Numbered from the stretch's first letter, positions 27,119 to 38,983 are shown. The stretch is DNA of 64,000 nucleotides from Bugula neritina (GCA_964035545.1 OZ037767.1:11294581-11358580); one strand, 5' to 3'. Numbers and translations: made by a program. The notes: generated from the letters alone by a model not told the origin.

Positions 27119-27913
27119 TGAAAACACTTGCGCTCAACTAACGGTTTTCTTTAGAAACCAAACCAAATAGCCCTGGAACTATTTACGATCATTTGGGTTA
27201 CAACGAAAAAACCTTTGCAATCAATTGGCGAAACGTAAGAGAATATTCAGCAAATGCTAGCGATCACATTATTCACTTGTACACAAAGTCGTGACCTCTT
27301 CAAAACATTTAATATAATGCTTAGAATAAATCTTGTAAGATGTTTCGTTTTCAAATTGAAAACAAAATTCAAAAAGTTCAGTAGAGAAGAGAGCTATGTT
27401 CGCAACTAGTACTACATAATGATTACATCCTTATCTTGATAATTTACAAAAAAAGAAAACTCAAGAGCAGATGTTAAACTCTAATATCAATTTTTGCTTT
27501 ATAATAATAATAATAATAATAATAATTCTTATTATAATTATTAGTATACGTAGTCGTATAACTTAAACTATAACTGTATTTAACTAGCCTATAACTTAAA
27601 GTTAAAGTATAACAATTTAACTTTAACAGTTATACTACAAGTATAAGTTCTAGTTTAGTTAATAGTTTAACCTTAAGTTCGGTGAACTAATACTAACAGT
27701 ATTAGTAATACTATCACAATGCCAATTGTCATTGATGATTGATAATCAAAGTCAAAAAATTATAATCATAATGAATTACCTCCTCCAGATTACGATCATG
27801 CTAGACCACTAGGTAGCAGAAGCGGCATGGCTCATATGTTTATGGTTGGTCAGAAAGTAAAATGCATACAATAGTCCATAAATTGGTTGCAGTGTGTGTT
27901 GCAATATTGTTTA

Positions 27914-30715
27914 TTAGTACAGGTAAGTTAACCTGTCAATGTTTAGATTATTCTGTGTGTAAATTAGTCTTGCAAGGATTGTTCCCTTTAAGGTCACGAA
28001 TTGTTCGTGGCAAGAAGCTGTTATAATAGCAGTTATTATTGGTGCTGACTGATCTCCTAGTGTTTGGGCCCTAGTTTGGATAAAACTTTCCGGGGTGTTT
28101 ATTAGTTCTTCATACGCTGCAGAGAGTGCTGGGTGATATTCTTCCTTTTGGAGTATCCTCATAAGGAGTCTTAGCCGTTGAGTTCTTCTTCTTTCATCGA
28201 GGGCGGCCAGCTCCAGTCTTTCTTTTGCTTCTCGCACTCCTCTTCTACCCTTGATGTTAGCTATGGCTCTTACTGCCCGTGTTTGTACCTCTTCGATGGA
28301 ATTTATTTCTTTTGTAGTATAGGGGTCCCAAACAGCAGAAGCATAGTCTAGGTGAGGAAGGCAGAGGGATTTGTAAGCCATGAGTCTCACTTTTTCGGGT
28401 GCCCAGTGCAAAGCCCTTTTGATCATCCCCAGTTGTTTGTTTGCTAGCAATATTTTGCTCTGGATATGATTATCAAACTTCAGGTTGGCCTGTAGAGTCA
28501 CTCCGAGGTATGTTGATTTGTCCACCTGTTCTAGAACTGTGCCATTTAACGTGTAGTGTGCTGGTATATCTTGCTCTTTGAATGCCATAATTTTGCTCTT
28601 TTTAACATTGAACTCCATACCCCACTTTGAAGCCCAACTTCCTGCTGCATCTATGTTCCTTTGAAACCTTAGTCTGTCTTGGTCATCTGAGACAGGCTGG
28701 TAGAGGAGGGTGTCATCTGCGAAGAGACCAACTTCACAATCAACACAGTCAGGGAGATCATTTATGAACACGAGAAACAGTATGGGGCCGAGCACAGAGC
28801 CCTGAGGTACCCCAGACGTCACTGGCAGTGGTTCTGACTTTTTGCCATCGAGTACGACCCTCTGAGATCGGTTTAGGAGGAAGTTGTGTACCCATCCGAG
28901 CAGATAGTCTTCCATTGGTGCAATTGTTCGTAGTTTCTCCATTAGAAGAGCATGGGGGACCCGGTCAAATGCTTTTGTAAAATCTAGGACTGCTGCGTGA
29001 ACAGCCTTATGTTTATCGACATAGTTCAGTATCTGATGGAGAGTGGCGCATAATTGGGTCTCGCAGGACAAGCCCTGGCGGAAGCCGTGTTGTCTTGTGC
29101 TCAGTACATTGTCAACGTTGGCAAGTATTTTACGTAGGATGAGATGTTCTGCCATTTTACATGGGATGCTAGTGAGTGAGATGGGTCGATAGTTTTGAGC
29201 ACAATCCTCTGCACCGCTTTTATGGATGGGGGTCACATACGCCTCTTTCCACTGGGTGGGGAGCTTCTGTTGATTCATAGAGGTTTTGTATATGATCGCA
29301 AGATAAGCGGATATTAGTGGGAGATCAACCATCAGATCTGCCTTCCTCAGGCCATCCGGACCTGGAGCTTTTCCAGGCTTGAGTTTCTGTATTAACTTGG
29401 CAATACCATTGCTGTCGATATCTGGTGGATTATCTATGTTTGTTGAGTTGGGACCAAGTGATGTCAGTTGGTGCCCACTGTTGAACTGGGAGTGGAAGAA
29501 TTTGTTGAAGGTTTCCGCACAGTTTTCTGGATCTGCATTAAGGGTACCATCAGTCATTTTGAGTTTTATGCGATTTTTGTTATTTGAGTTTCCTTTGAGG
29601 TGCCGGTAAAAGGGCTTACTGTTGCCTTCTAGGAGTGGTTGGATGATTTTATTGTGACCATATTCACTTTTTACCATCCTAAAGACTTTCTTAGCTGTTT
29701 TCCGGATTTCCTTGTATTTCGCATAACTGAATAAGTCCCGGTTTGTTTTGTAGTGATTATAGCTTTTCCTCTCTTTGCGTGATATCCGTCTACACTCTTT
29801 GTTAAACCAAACAGGTTCATTTTTAAGCTTAGACGACAGTACTTTCGTTGGGACATGGTCACATATGGCCTGTTGTAGACTAGATGAAAAATGATCCCAC
29901 ATTTCCTGTACATCTTCCAATTCATCTAGGTCATTTTTAGTTCTTTGCATATCTTCCCGGAATTTGTTGATATCTACTCTGTGGTAATCTTTGACAGTTT
30001 TGGAGGTTACTATATGGTGGTCTTTTGCTTTGTTCCATCGGATATTTGCTTTTATCATGGCGTGATCACTTAGCCCTGGGAAGATTACGTCTTGGGATGT
30101 TAAGTCTTGGGGGGAGTTGGTGCAAAGTAAGTCGAGCGTGTTGCCATGGATGTGGGTTGGTGAGGTTATTAGTTGACTTAGGTTATAGAAGTTCAACATA
30201 CATAGGAATGAGTTATGAAGGACCCTATCCTGGGCCTTCAGTTTGGGTTGATACGTGTGCCAATTAATGTGAGGGAGATTGAAATCCCCGGCTAAGATGA
30301 TGTGGTCATTGGGGAACTGTTGAGTTAATAATTCTAGGTTGCTACTCAATATGGATACATCTCTATCATGTGGGGGTCTGTAGTAACATCCGACAATTAA
30401 GCTCTCCTCTATTCTTACAAATATGATCTCGGCACTAGTTTTATCTTCTATGTTAATTTGGGTAGAGCGCAAGTTGTCATTAATGGCAATTAAGACCCCA
30501 CCCCCATTTACATTACGATCCTTTCTGTAGATCCTTTTGTTGTTATAATCAAAGATGGTGTGACTTGGTATCATCTGATTTATGTGTGTCTCAGTCAGGC
30601 AGATTATGTCGGAATTACATGTTTGTGATGATAGTTCAATAGTTTTGCCTTTGAGAGATCTCACATTGGCAAGAAATAATTTTAAACACTGGCCTGTTTG
30701 GTCATGTATCGCCAT
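27914..30715 (-). CDS. LINE ORF2: apurinic endonuclease plus reverse transcriptase, frameshifted near the C-terminus
   Basis: APE motifs ANVRSL, CLTETH, GGGVLI, YYRPP, AGDFN, TLDL, SDH. RT motifs KAPGPDG, NYRPISLTS, QHGFR, LDFTKAFD, GVPQGSVLGP, FADD, YLGV. The conserved terminal YNSFLPRTIRD lies in another frame after about 28055. Confidence 0.93.
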   Translation of the reverse strand: MAIHDQTGQCLKLFLANVRSLKGKTIELSSQTCNSDIICLTETHINQMIPSHTIFDYNNKRIYRKDRNVNGGGVLIAINDNLRSTQINIEDKTSAEIIFVRIEESLIVGCYYRPPHDRDVSILSSNLELLTQQFPNDHIILAGDFNLPHINWHTYQPKLKAQDRVLHNSFLCMLNFYNLSQLITSPTHIHGNTLDLLCTNSPQDLTSQDVIFPGLSDHAMIKANIRWNKAKDHHIVTSKTVKDYHRVDINKFREDMQRTKNDLDELEDVQEMWDHFSSSLQQAICDHVPTKVLSSKLKNEPVWFNKECRRISRKERKSYNHYKTNRDLFSYAKYKEIRKTAKKVFRMVKSEYGHNKIIQPLLEGNSKPFYRHLKGNSNNKNRIKLKMTDGTLNADPENCAETFNKFFHSQFNSGHQLTSLGPNSTNIDNPPDIDSNGIAKLIQKLKPGKAPGPDGLRKADLMVDLPLISAYLAIIYKTSMNQQKLPTQWKEAYVTPIHKSGAEDCAQNYRPISLTSIPCKMAEHLILRKILANVDNVLSTRQHGFRQGLSCETQLCATLHQILNYVDKHKAVHAAVLDFTKAFDRVPHALLMEKLRTIAPMEDYLLGWVHNFLLNRSQRVVLDGKKSEPLPVTSGVPQGSVLGPILFLVFINDLPDCVDCEVGLFADDTLLYQPVSDDQDRLRFQRNIDAAGSWASKWGMEFNVKKSKIMAFKEQDIPAHYTLNGTVLEQVDKSTYLGVTLQANLKFDNHIQSKILLANKQLGMIKRALHWAPEKVRLMAYKSLCLPHLDYASAVWDPYTTKEINSIEEVQTRAVRAIANIKGRRGVREAKERLELAALDERRRTQRLRLLMRILQKEEYHPALSAAYEELINTPESFIQTRAQTLGDQSAPIITAIITASCHEQFVTLKGTILARLIYTQNNLNIDRLTYLY

Positions 30716-31713
30716 TCCCCCGAAGGAGATTTTGTCTGTATTCTCATATTTCTTATCCGATAGTCAGTTTCTTGGTCAGTGTCACTGTTTTCCCCTTTCA
30801 TTCGCTTTATCTCTTGCCGAAGGGCATACTGCTGGTCACGAATCTCTTTGCATTCATCAAGTTTGCAGTAGATCTTGCGTCCACGTAGTGTAGCATTTGT
30901 TCTTTTTAGGAATTCCCACTTTGAATATTCGTCTGGAAATTCTATTTTAATCGGCCCTGGTTTGTTTTTGTCAACTGGTCCTGAGGTCTGTAAGCGTATT
31001 GCTCTTAGGGGTTTCGGAGTTGCATGAAAAGTATCACTCGTCATTAAGTCTTTAATCATCTCCAGTGCGCTTTTACCTTCCTGTTCATCTATGCCATAAA
31101 GAACGGCATTATTTTTCCTGTTTTCAGTCTCCCGTTGTTCAATACTCTTCTTCAGCAGATTTCGAGCACTGTCGCTGATCTCCATCCCTTTCTTCAGGTT
31201 TTCAGTATTTGACTTTGCAGCGTCGGCATATGATTTCTCTAGTTTTGTCATTCTTTCTTCAAGGGCAGTGTTTGTTGCTCCAATCTTTGCATTAATTTGT
31301 TGCATTATGTCTTCAATTTTATTAAGCTTTCTTGAGTGGGTGCTGTGAAGCGCAAGAGAGTCTTCACCGTTGTTGCTCACCCTGTCTCGGCCTTGAAGAG
31401 AAGCTTCAATGACTGGAAGGTATGTGTTGCAGAACCATTTCACATTCTTTTCATCCATTTTGTCTAGCGTAGCAACATCTGAATTGGTGAGGCTTTGGCA
31501 GGTACCATGGAACCAATCATCACAAAAATCACATTGGATCCACTTAGCACCAAATTTTTGAGAAAGGCCCCTTGTGTTAGTAACATAGCAATCGACATTG
31601 TTACAAGTTTTGCATTCTGGGTTGGCTGAGTCTTTGTTTTTGTCACTTTGAGACTGTTGTGATCCTGGTTGTGGTTGGCTTTGAGTGTTCCGGGCACCAG
31701 CCATCACGGACAA
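30682..31713 (-). CDS. LINE ORF1: PHD-finger, coiled-coil and RRM-like protein
   Basis: CKTC...WIQCDFCDDWFHGTC...KWFCNTY is a PHD pattern. It is followed by a heptad-rich region and NAVLYGIDE/PIKIEF motifs typical of CR1/L2-group ORF1. Overlaps ORF2 by 34 nt. Confidence 0.85.
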   Translation of the reverse strand: MSVMAGARNTQSQPQPGSQQSQSDKNKDSANPECKTCNNVDCYVTNTRGLSQKFGAKWIQCDFCDDWFHGTCQSLTNSDVATLDKMDEKNVKWFCNTYLPVIEASLQGRDRVSNNGEDSLALHSTHSRKLNKIEDIMQQINAKIGATNTALEERMTKLEKSYADAAKSNTENLKKGMEISDSARNLLKKSIEQRETENRKNNAVLYGIDEQEGKSALEMIKDLMTSDTFHATPKPLRAIRLQTSGPVDKNKPGPIKIEFPDEYSKWEFLKRTNATLRGRKIYCKLDECKEIRDQQYALRQEIKRMKGENSDTDQETDYRIRNMRIQTKSPSGEWRYMTKQASV

Positions 31714-33145
31714 CTAGAATCTTGTGTTGTAGTAACAATACAATATAATAATAATTATGTTTATAATTATTATTATTATTTATAATACTATACTAAATTA
31801 CTAATACAGTATACTAATTCGTAGTATAGTATAGTTATTGGTTTCTAAGATCTAGAGAGCAAAAAATTACTTTTTGTATGTTTTTGTTTGGGGGAAATTT
31901 TTTGTATGCTTTGAGTATGTTTGGATATGAGGCACGCCCTACCTAAGTGGTGAATTTTGAACCAAATTGGCATAAGAATTTAAATTTTAAATTTTTGCGT
32001 CCGCCATCTTCGCGACCTTGACCTTTATCCTTTATAATGATATAAAGTATTAATAATGGTACAAAGTATACTATTAGTCTTACTAAGAGTTATACTATAA
32101 CTATAAATTTCCAGCGTTTTAAATTCAACAATTATCCAGGTTGCTTGGTGGACTACTGACTAGGCTTACATTTTGTTCAGGGTTTAAGACCAGTCCACTG
32201 GCAATGCTAAACTAGTTGATTTTATTTAATTTACTTTTACTGTTTTAGGTTTCACAGTTGTTGAAGGTTTTTAAAATCAAAGATAGAATTAAAAAAGGCT
32301 AAATAAGATACAATTTTTTAACCAAAATCATGGGCAAAATTTTTGGATTTCATAGATCTAACAATAAAGTATAAAACCACAACCTGTGCGCCTTCTCTAG
32401 CTTAATAATAATAGTGTCATCAAGTAAATACATGGAATAGGCAATAGCCTTAGACTCTACAGTAAACTTTGTCTTAGTTACAAGGTCATGGAGTAAAACT
32501 CTATAAGTATAATTCTCTCAGACTCATATACTCATTTTATAATAATTATAATTGCCATGTACAAGGTGAAGGTGGTGTTCATGGTGATGGTGGTCATGAC
32601 GGTTGAATTTAATTATAATCTGAATCATGATAGAAAAATTGTTGCTGATACTCTTTTTGATTTATTATTACAAACACATTGCATGGCGATGGTGATAGTT
32701 ATCATTGTATTGATTGTCAACATAATCATGTTCATTGTGACTGTTGAAAACTAGCTTTACTTACTTCACTTACTAACATCAATTTTATTCATACAATTTC
32801 GGTAGTTTTAAAGACTTGAGGCTGCACACTAATTATTTCACAAAACTTTTCTATGACAATTTTTCCTTGACCTGTACTCACATAAACTATAATTTGTAGT
32901 ATTAAAAAACTTTTCTGGGGATTTCGGCATTGATAATAATTGGTTGTGAATAATACACTAGTTGCAACATTAGCTTTTTCTATTTTAAATTTTTAATTAA
33001 GAATTTGTGATATTAGCTTTTTCTTATGTAGATTAGCACGCACACCAGGAATTTGTAATCACCATTGATGATCAAGGCTAAGAAAAATATATAGTTGCTG
33101 CGAAATTCTATCTTCCTGTTTGATTATTCATATTAGATAACAAGA

Positions 33146-36100
33146 ATGAGTTCTGCAAGGTAGGCCTGATTACTAATAACATAAGAAAGATATCGCTTAG
33201 TTATCATTTAATCTTACATTATGTTACTCGGTGACTCTTTTCTCTTTCTATGGCATAGAGGATATTTTCAAAGTAAAATTAGTGAATCTCTAAGCTTGAT
33301 AACATAAAAAGTGCAGAAGACACTTTATTATTAAACTCCTTATCCTTTGACAGGTGTCTACTTGATGTTCTATCGATTAGTTGTCTTCTCTTGTACACCA
33401 GTTCTATCTCTTGATATTGTATATGTTAGTTGTTTTTTCTTGTACACCAGTTCCCTATCAATTAGGTCTGAGCATTCCAGGGCAGACAGAGTTGCTCGTC
33501 TAAAGAGGCGACGTGAACTCACCGACGAACAGAAACAGGAAATAAAGGAAGCCTTTGATCTGTTTGATTCAGACAAAGATAGGCTCATAGATTATCATGA
33601 GTTGAAGGTACTGATAGTTTTACTAACAATATAGTATGCTATTTCACTAGCAAACCATTGGTGTGATTCCAATGGCTGGATATAACTAATATAGGTCAAG
33701 TAGTAAAACAAGTTTTGGTATATATTTATTTGATAAGGTATACAGAATTAGTATGCATGAGCTCTTACTTGGATTTTCAAGTATCATCTAATTGTTGTTT
33801 CTGTTAGTAGTATACATAGATTAGTTTTAATTTTTATGACAGAAATGTGTTTGTAAACTTCAAGGTATCACTCAAAGCTCTTGGATTTGAGAGAAAGAAA
33901 GCTGAAGTGCTCAAGATTCTCCGTGATTACGATAGAAACAACAGCGGGAAAATCTGCTTTGAAGATTTTAATGAAGTTGGTAAGTTAAAATTATAAGTAG
34001 TGGAAGCTCTGCTTGTTTGATATACTTCTATGCTTTGTCAAATTGTTATAGACCGATAGGATAGTAGACCAATAGGATAACAGACCAATAGGATAGTAGA
34101 CTAATAGAATAGCAGACCAGTAGGATAGTAGACCAATAGGATAACAAACCAAAATGATAGCAGACCAATAGGATAGCAGACCTATAGGATAGTAGACCAA
34201 TAGGGTAGTAGACCAATAGGATAGCAGACCAATAGAGGGGTTTCAAACATCCCTCTAGAGGAATTTGTATTTTAAAGTTGTCTCCCCCTAAAGGTATTGG
34301 GGGCAGTCTCCATAATATATAGAAGGTCCATAAAATAAGTAGAAATGTAAGGTTTGAGTGAAGACTACTACTAGTATATGTTTCATTTTTTCTGAGATTA
34401 ATATTTTGGCATAAGTACACATATGAGCAGTTTCAAAAAATTTTTAAAAAATTTTGTTAATGATAAATGGCACAAAAACAAAACTTCAAAGCATATTTGT
34501 GGTTTTGGTTATTGAGCAAATCTGAAGCTGGCAGCTGTCATTATTATTTGCTTTGCTGACTGTAACCAGTCTGTTTAGAGCTGCTAACCTTTCAACTCTT
34601 AGAACAATAATAACATGCTCGTAGACTATATAGCTGCACTAGTGGGCTCTGTCTTACTGAACTCCAAATGCTCCAAATTATAGGTTGGAACACATGTCTG
34701 TACGTTTATGCAGGCATGCCATTTTACAGTGGTCTAGTTAACTAGGTCAAAGTTCATTGAGGTGGAATTGTTTTATTAACCTTGTGTGTTAATAAAATAC
34801 TATCATTAGATTTAGAACTTCTCTAAGCAACTTCACAGTCTGATTAAATATCTGCGATACCTGCCTAGTAGACGATCCAAACTTAAAAAAATAATATACT
34901 AAATCCTTGTATTACATGTATGAATAAAAAATAATGCAACAAATTGGCTAAAGCATGTTCAAGTAATGTGAAAAACTCGAAATATAAATGAGTCAAACTG
35001 AAGCTAGTCAAGTGTGTGGTGTTTTTGGCCGATTTATATGTGCTGTTTAATCAGCTTATTATGTAGTGATGTAATCCTATATAATGTAATTTAAGTTAGA
35101 CAGCTAAAGTTAGACAGTTCTCATCGTGCACTTTCTTGAACAAGCAGTTATGTAATATAGAAAAACAGCTACTCAACAGAGAGCTTCAAGCAAACAAAAT
35201 TCTTGCACCGAGGTTGATTGAATACAAAACAGCTGCTGTTATTCTTATAGCAGCATACATTGTATAAGAGATAGCCTGATGGTTCACATAGTTTACATCA
35301 ATGAACTCAATAATTATTAAGCTATTCCAGCTCAGTGGTTTACATACAGTGACATACCACTGAAAATTATTAGAAACCACAGAAAAGATATAAAAGAGAG
35401 AATGTTGGCACAAAGGAAGTATAGCAATGCGGTCAAATATATGGCTGAAAACTGACTTAGAGATAAATAAGTACAAAATGTACGTAATATAGCTAAATCA
35501 GCAAAGCCAAATGATTTGATATAAAAAGTATTATCTGGGAATTTAGTGAAACTTTGTAGCATTATTTAAAACTCCACCTTTGAGCAAGACCCGTATGGAG
35601 TAAAGCCAATCTTAATTTCATTAGTGTCATAAGAATGCAGTCATTATGACATAGTTCATTCTTTCTATACTTTACAGCTGATACTAAATGTACATTTCAA
35701 CTCTTTTTTGGAAACAAGACAAGTTGCTTTGGCTGAAAAGTGCTTTTTTGATGATTTTTTTTCTGCATTGCAGCAGTATATAATTTACAATGCTCCAAAA
35801 ACATTTCTGTATTAGGAATGTTGGTATACCAACAGCTTGCAAGAATAATTATTCATTGAGAATACACTGTGAATTTTTTTCTACAGACTTAATTTAAACG
35901 TTGAATTGTGGGACATTTCCAAAATATTTATCTCAGAAAAAAAGAAACTATTCTGAAATTTATAGGCTTCTTTTTACTGTTCTCTAAATATTTTCATTGA
36001 CTTGCAGGCATGCCATGTAAACAAATGCTTTTAAAACATATATATAGTTATACAGTGTTTAGCAGATTTAGATAAGATGTTGTTTGAAATTACAAATTTA

Positions 36101-38983
36101 ATCCATCTATTTTAATACATATCTTTATATTTATATTATTTTTTTTGATATATAGAAATATTAGATAGTAGGGTAGCTTAGTTATTTTCATAGTATAGGT
36201 GTGTAAGTACGTGAACATGTTAATACAAATGAGCCAGTGCCTTCATAAACATACAGGCATGTGTTCCAACCCATAATTTGGAGCATTTGGAATTCAGTAA
36301 GACAGAGCCCACTAGTGCAGCTATATAAAGTGTACAAGCATGTTATTATTGTTCTAAGAGTTGAAAGGTTAGCAGCTCTAAACAGACTGGTTACAGTCAG
36401 CAAAGCAAATAATAATGACAGCTGCCAGCTTCAGATTTGCTCAATAACCAAAACCACAAATATGCTTTGAAGTTTTGTTTTTGTGCCATTTATCATCAAC
36501 AAAATTTTTTAAAATTTTTTTGAAACTGCTCATATGTGTACTTATGCCAAAATATTAATCTCAGAAAAAATGAAACATATACTAGTAGTAGTCTTCACTC
36601 AAACCTTACATTTCTACTTATTTTATGGACCTTCTATATATTATGGAGACTGCCCCCAATACCTGTAGGGGGAGACAACTTTAAAATACAAATTCCTCTA
36701 GAGGGATGTTTGAAACCCCTCTATAGGATAGTAGACCTATAGGATAGTAGACCAATAGGATAGCAGACCAATAGGATAGCAGACCAATAGGATAGTAGAC
36801 CAATAGGATAGTAGATCAAAAGGATAACAGACCAAAATGATAGCAGACCTATATGATAGTAGACCAATAGGATAGCAGACCAAAATGATAGCAGACCAAT
36901 AGGATAGCAGACCAATAGGATAGCAGACCAATAGGATAGCAGACCAATAGGATAACAGACCAAAATGATAGCAACTAGCAGGTTCTCAATTGAGGTCACA
37001 TGAACTGTGGTACAAACAACAATTAGCTGCTTCAACTGTCATTGTTATTTATGTATTTATAACAATATATATTATATGGCATATTCAGTGAATAGTTGGG
37101 ATGCATCAACATGTAGTTTTATATAATGTATAGTGTGTATATCATGTATAGTGTGTATATCATGTATAGTGTGTATATCATGTATAGTGTGTATATCATG
37201 TATAGTGTGTATATCATGTATAGTGTGTATATCATGTATAGTGTGTATATCATGTATAGTGTGTGTATCATGTATAGTGTGTATATTATGTATAATGTGT
37301 ATATCATGTATAGTGTGTATATCATGTATAGTGTGTATATTATGTATAGTGTGTATATTATGTATAGTGTGTATATCATGTATAGTGTGTGTATCATGTA
37401 TAGTGTGTATATCATGTATAGTGTGTATATCATGTATAGTGTGTATATCATGTATAGTGTGTATATTATGTATAGTGTGTATATCATGTATAGTGTGTAT
37501 ATTATGTATAGTGTGTATATTATGTATAGTGTGTATATCATGTATAGTGTGTGTATCATGTATAGTGTGTATATCATGTATAGTGTGTATATCATGTATA
37601 GTGTGTATATTATGTATAGTGTGTATATCATGTATAGTGTGTATATTATGTATAGTGTGTATATTATGTATAGTGTGTATATCATGTATAGTGTGTGTAT
37701 CATGTATAGTATGTATATTATGTATAGTGTGTATATCATGTATAGTGTGTATATAATGTATAGTGTGTATATCATGTATAGTGTGTATATCATGCATAGT
37801 GTGTATATCATGTATAGTGTGTATATTATGTATAGTGTGTATATCATGTATAGTGTGTATAGAAACTGATGGATGTCACTGTGTAGTCAATTATGTTAAC
37901 TCTTAGTGTAATATCTGCATCTCCAGATCTGCTGTTAACACTCGGAGCCCTTATACCCGTCCCGACTTTATAACTGTTTGTAGTAACTGACATGATGCTA
38001 GACAGAAATCCCCAAGAAGAAATGGCTAAAGCTTTTCAGCTGTTTGATGACGACACGTCTGGTAAAATTAGCCTTAGAAACCTGCGGAGAGTAGCTAGGT
38101 AACCAACATGTTTCTAACTGCAGTTAAACTTAAATTGGATGTTATATGAGACAATTCAAGTGATGAACCAATGGGCTATATATATGACAGTTACTTGATG
38201 AACTCATTTGCATTTTGATAAAAATGACAACTACAAATTAGATAAATAAATTGCTACAGTATTCAACTGTTATCTAGAGTTGTCTTCTCTTTTGTCCCAT
38301 TCAGTATGTTGATATAAAGTATTATTTTCAACTCGATTACTCTATATTTTACTGATCAGGAACTCAGCACTGCAGTGTTATTAAGCAGAGAAGTTTTATG
38401 TGGAAAGTTTGTTTGTGAAATGATAAACAAAATGCTTTCATCACATGTAGAGTTCCTCTCTTTGTTGTATAATTTTAAACTTCACTGTTGATACGGTACT
38501 TAAATAAATGCTGCAGAGATGCCTCAACATTAAATTCTGCGAAATTATAGTATTTGTGTGTTATTTTTGTTTGGGCTCTTCATAGTCCACAGTGTTGGCT
38601 GCACCTACTACAGTCAACATTGCTTTCCTATGGAATCACGCAGTAGTTTAGTATATTCATATTTCCTCTCGGGTTGAAACCTACTAAATAGGTGTGTGTT
38701 GATTATTCTGAAAATGACATTGACTTACTCGAATTAGGTAAATTCTGTAGAGATCTTGGAGAAGAGATTGATGACGATGAGTTGCGAGCTATGATTGATG
38801 AGTTTGACTTTGATCAAGATGGCGAAAGTAAGTGACTTTTATTCACTCCATTATTTTTTGTTCTATCTGGAAGATTTATTGCAGTGAGCTTTTATTCATT
38901 AGTTGAAGTTGTCTACTCCTGTCATTTTACTTGCAGTCAGTATGGAAGAGTTTGTAGCTATCATGACTGGAGACACGCTGTGA
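33146..38983 (+). CDS. CETN3: Centrin-3 (EF-hand centrosomal protein), 6 exons, about 169 aa
   Basis: Exons 33146-33159, 33466-33607 (alternative acceptor 33451), 33865-33979, 37984-38098, 38751-38827 and 38937-38983. Translation [24 protein letters not shown]...IDYHELKV...[18 protein letters not shown]...[10 protein letters not shown]...[12 protein letters not shown] is collinear with CETN3. Confidence 0.95.
34049..34234. repeat. 16-bp minisatellite (GACCAATAGGATAG(T/C)A), left part
   Basis: Read directly; the array resumes in the same orientation at 36722-36975. Confidence 0.92.
34235..36721. mobile_element. Foldback-type non-autonomous DNA transposon with TIRs of about 480 bp (Sola2/3-like)
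   Basis: Arms 34235-34716 and 36238-36721 are near-identical reverse complements; the ORF track gives matching [11 protein letters not shown] peptides on both strands. Termini GAGGGGTTTCAAAC...GTTTGAAACCCCTC. 4-bp TSD AATA/TATA inferred from the minisatellite phase. Superfamily call is from recalled Sola features. Confidence 0.85.
36722..36975. repeat. 16-bp minisatellite, right part
   Basis: Same unit and orientation as 34049-34234. Confidence 0.92.
37120..37862. repeat. 18-bp minisatellite (TGTATAGTGTGTATATCA, about 41 copies)
   Basis: Read directly; explains four spurious long ORFs. Confidence 0.97.

Larger units (their letters stand above)
27760..32030 (-). mobile_element. Near-full-length CR1-group non-LTR retrotransposon (LINE)
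   Basis: Two ORFs on the - strand (PHD-type ORF1; APE+RT ORF2), with a putative 5' UTR to about 32030 and 3' UTR to about 27760. Ends are approximate and no clear TSD was found. Confidence 0.9.

Noticed and set aside
34049-36975. CRISPR-like array
   Set aside because: The 16-bp units are contiguous without unique spacers, there are no cas genes, and the context is a eukaryotic intron.
37072-37869. Four ORFs of 207-247 aa
   Set aside because: Stop-free frames of an intronic 18-bp minisatellite; no coding evidence.
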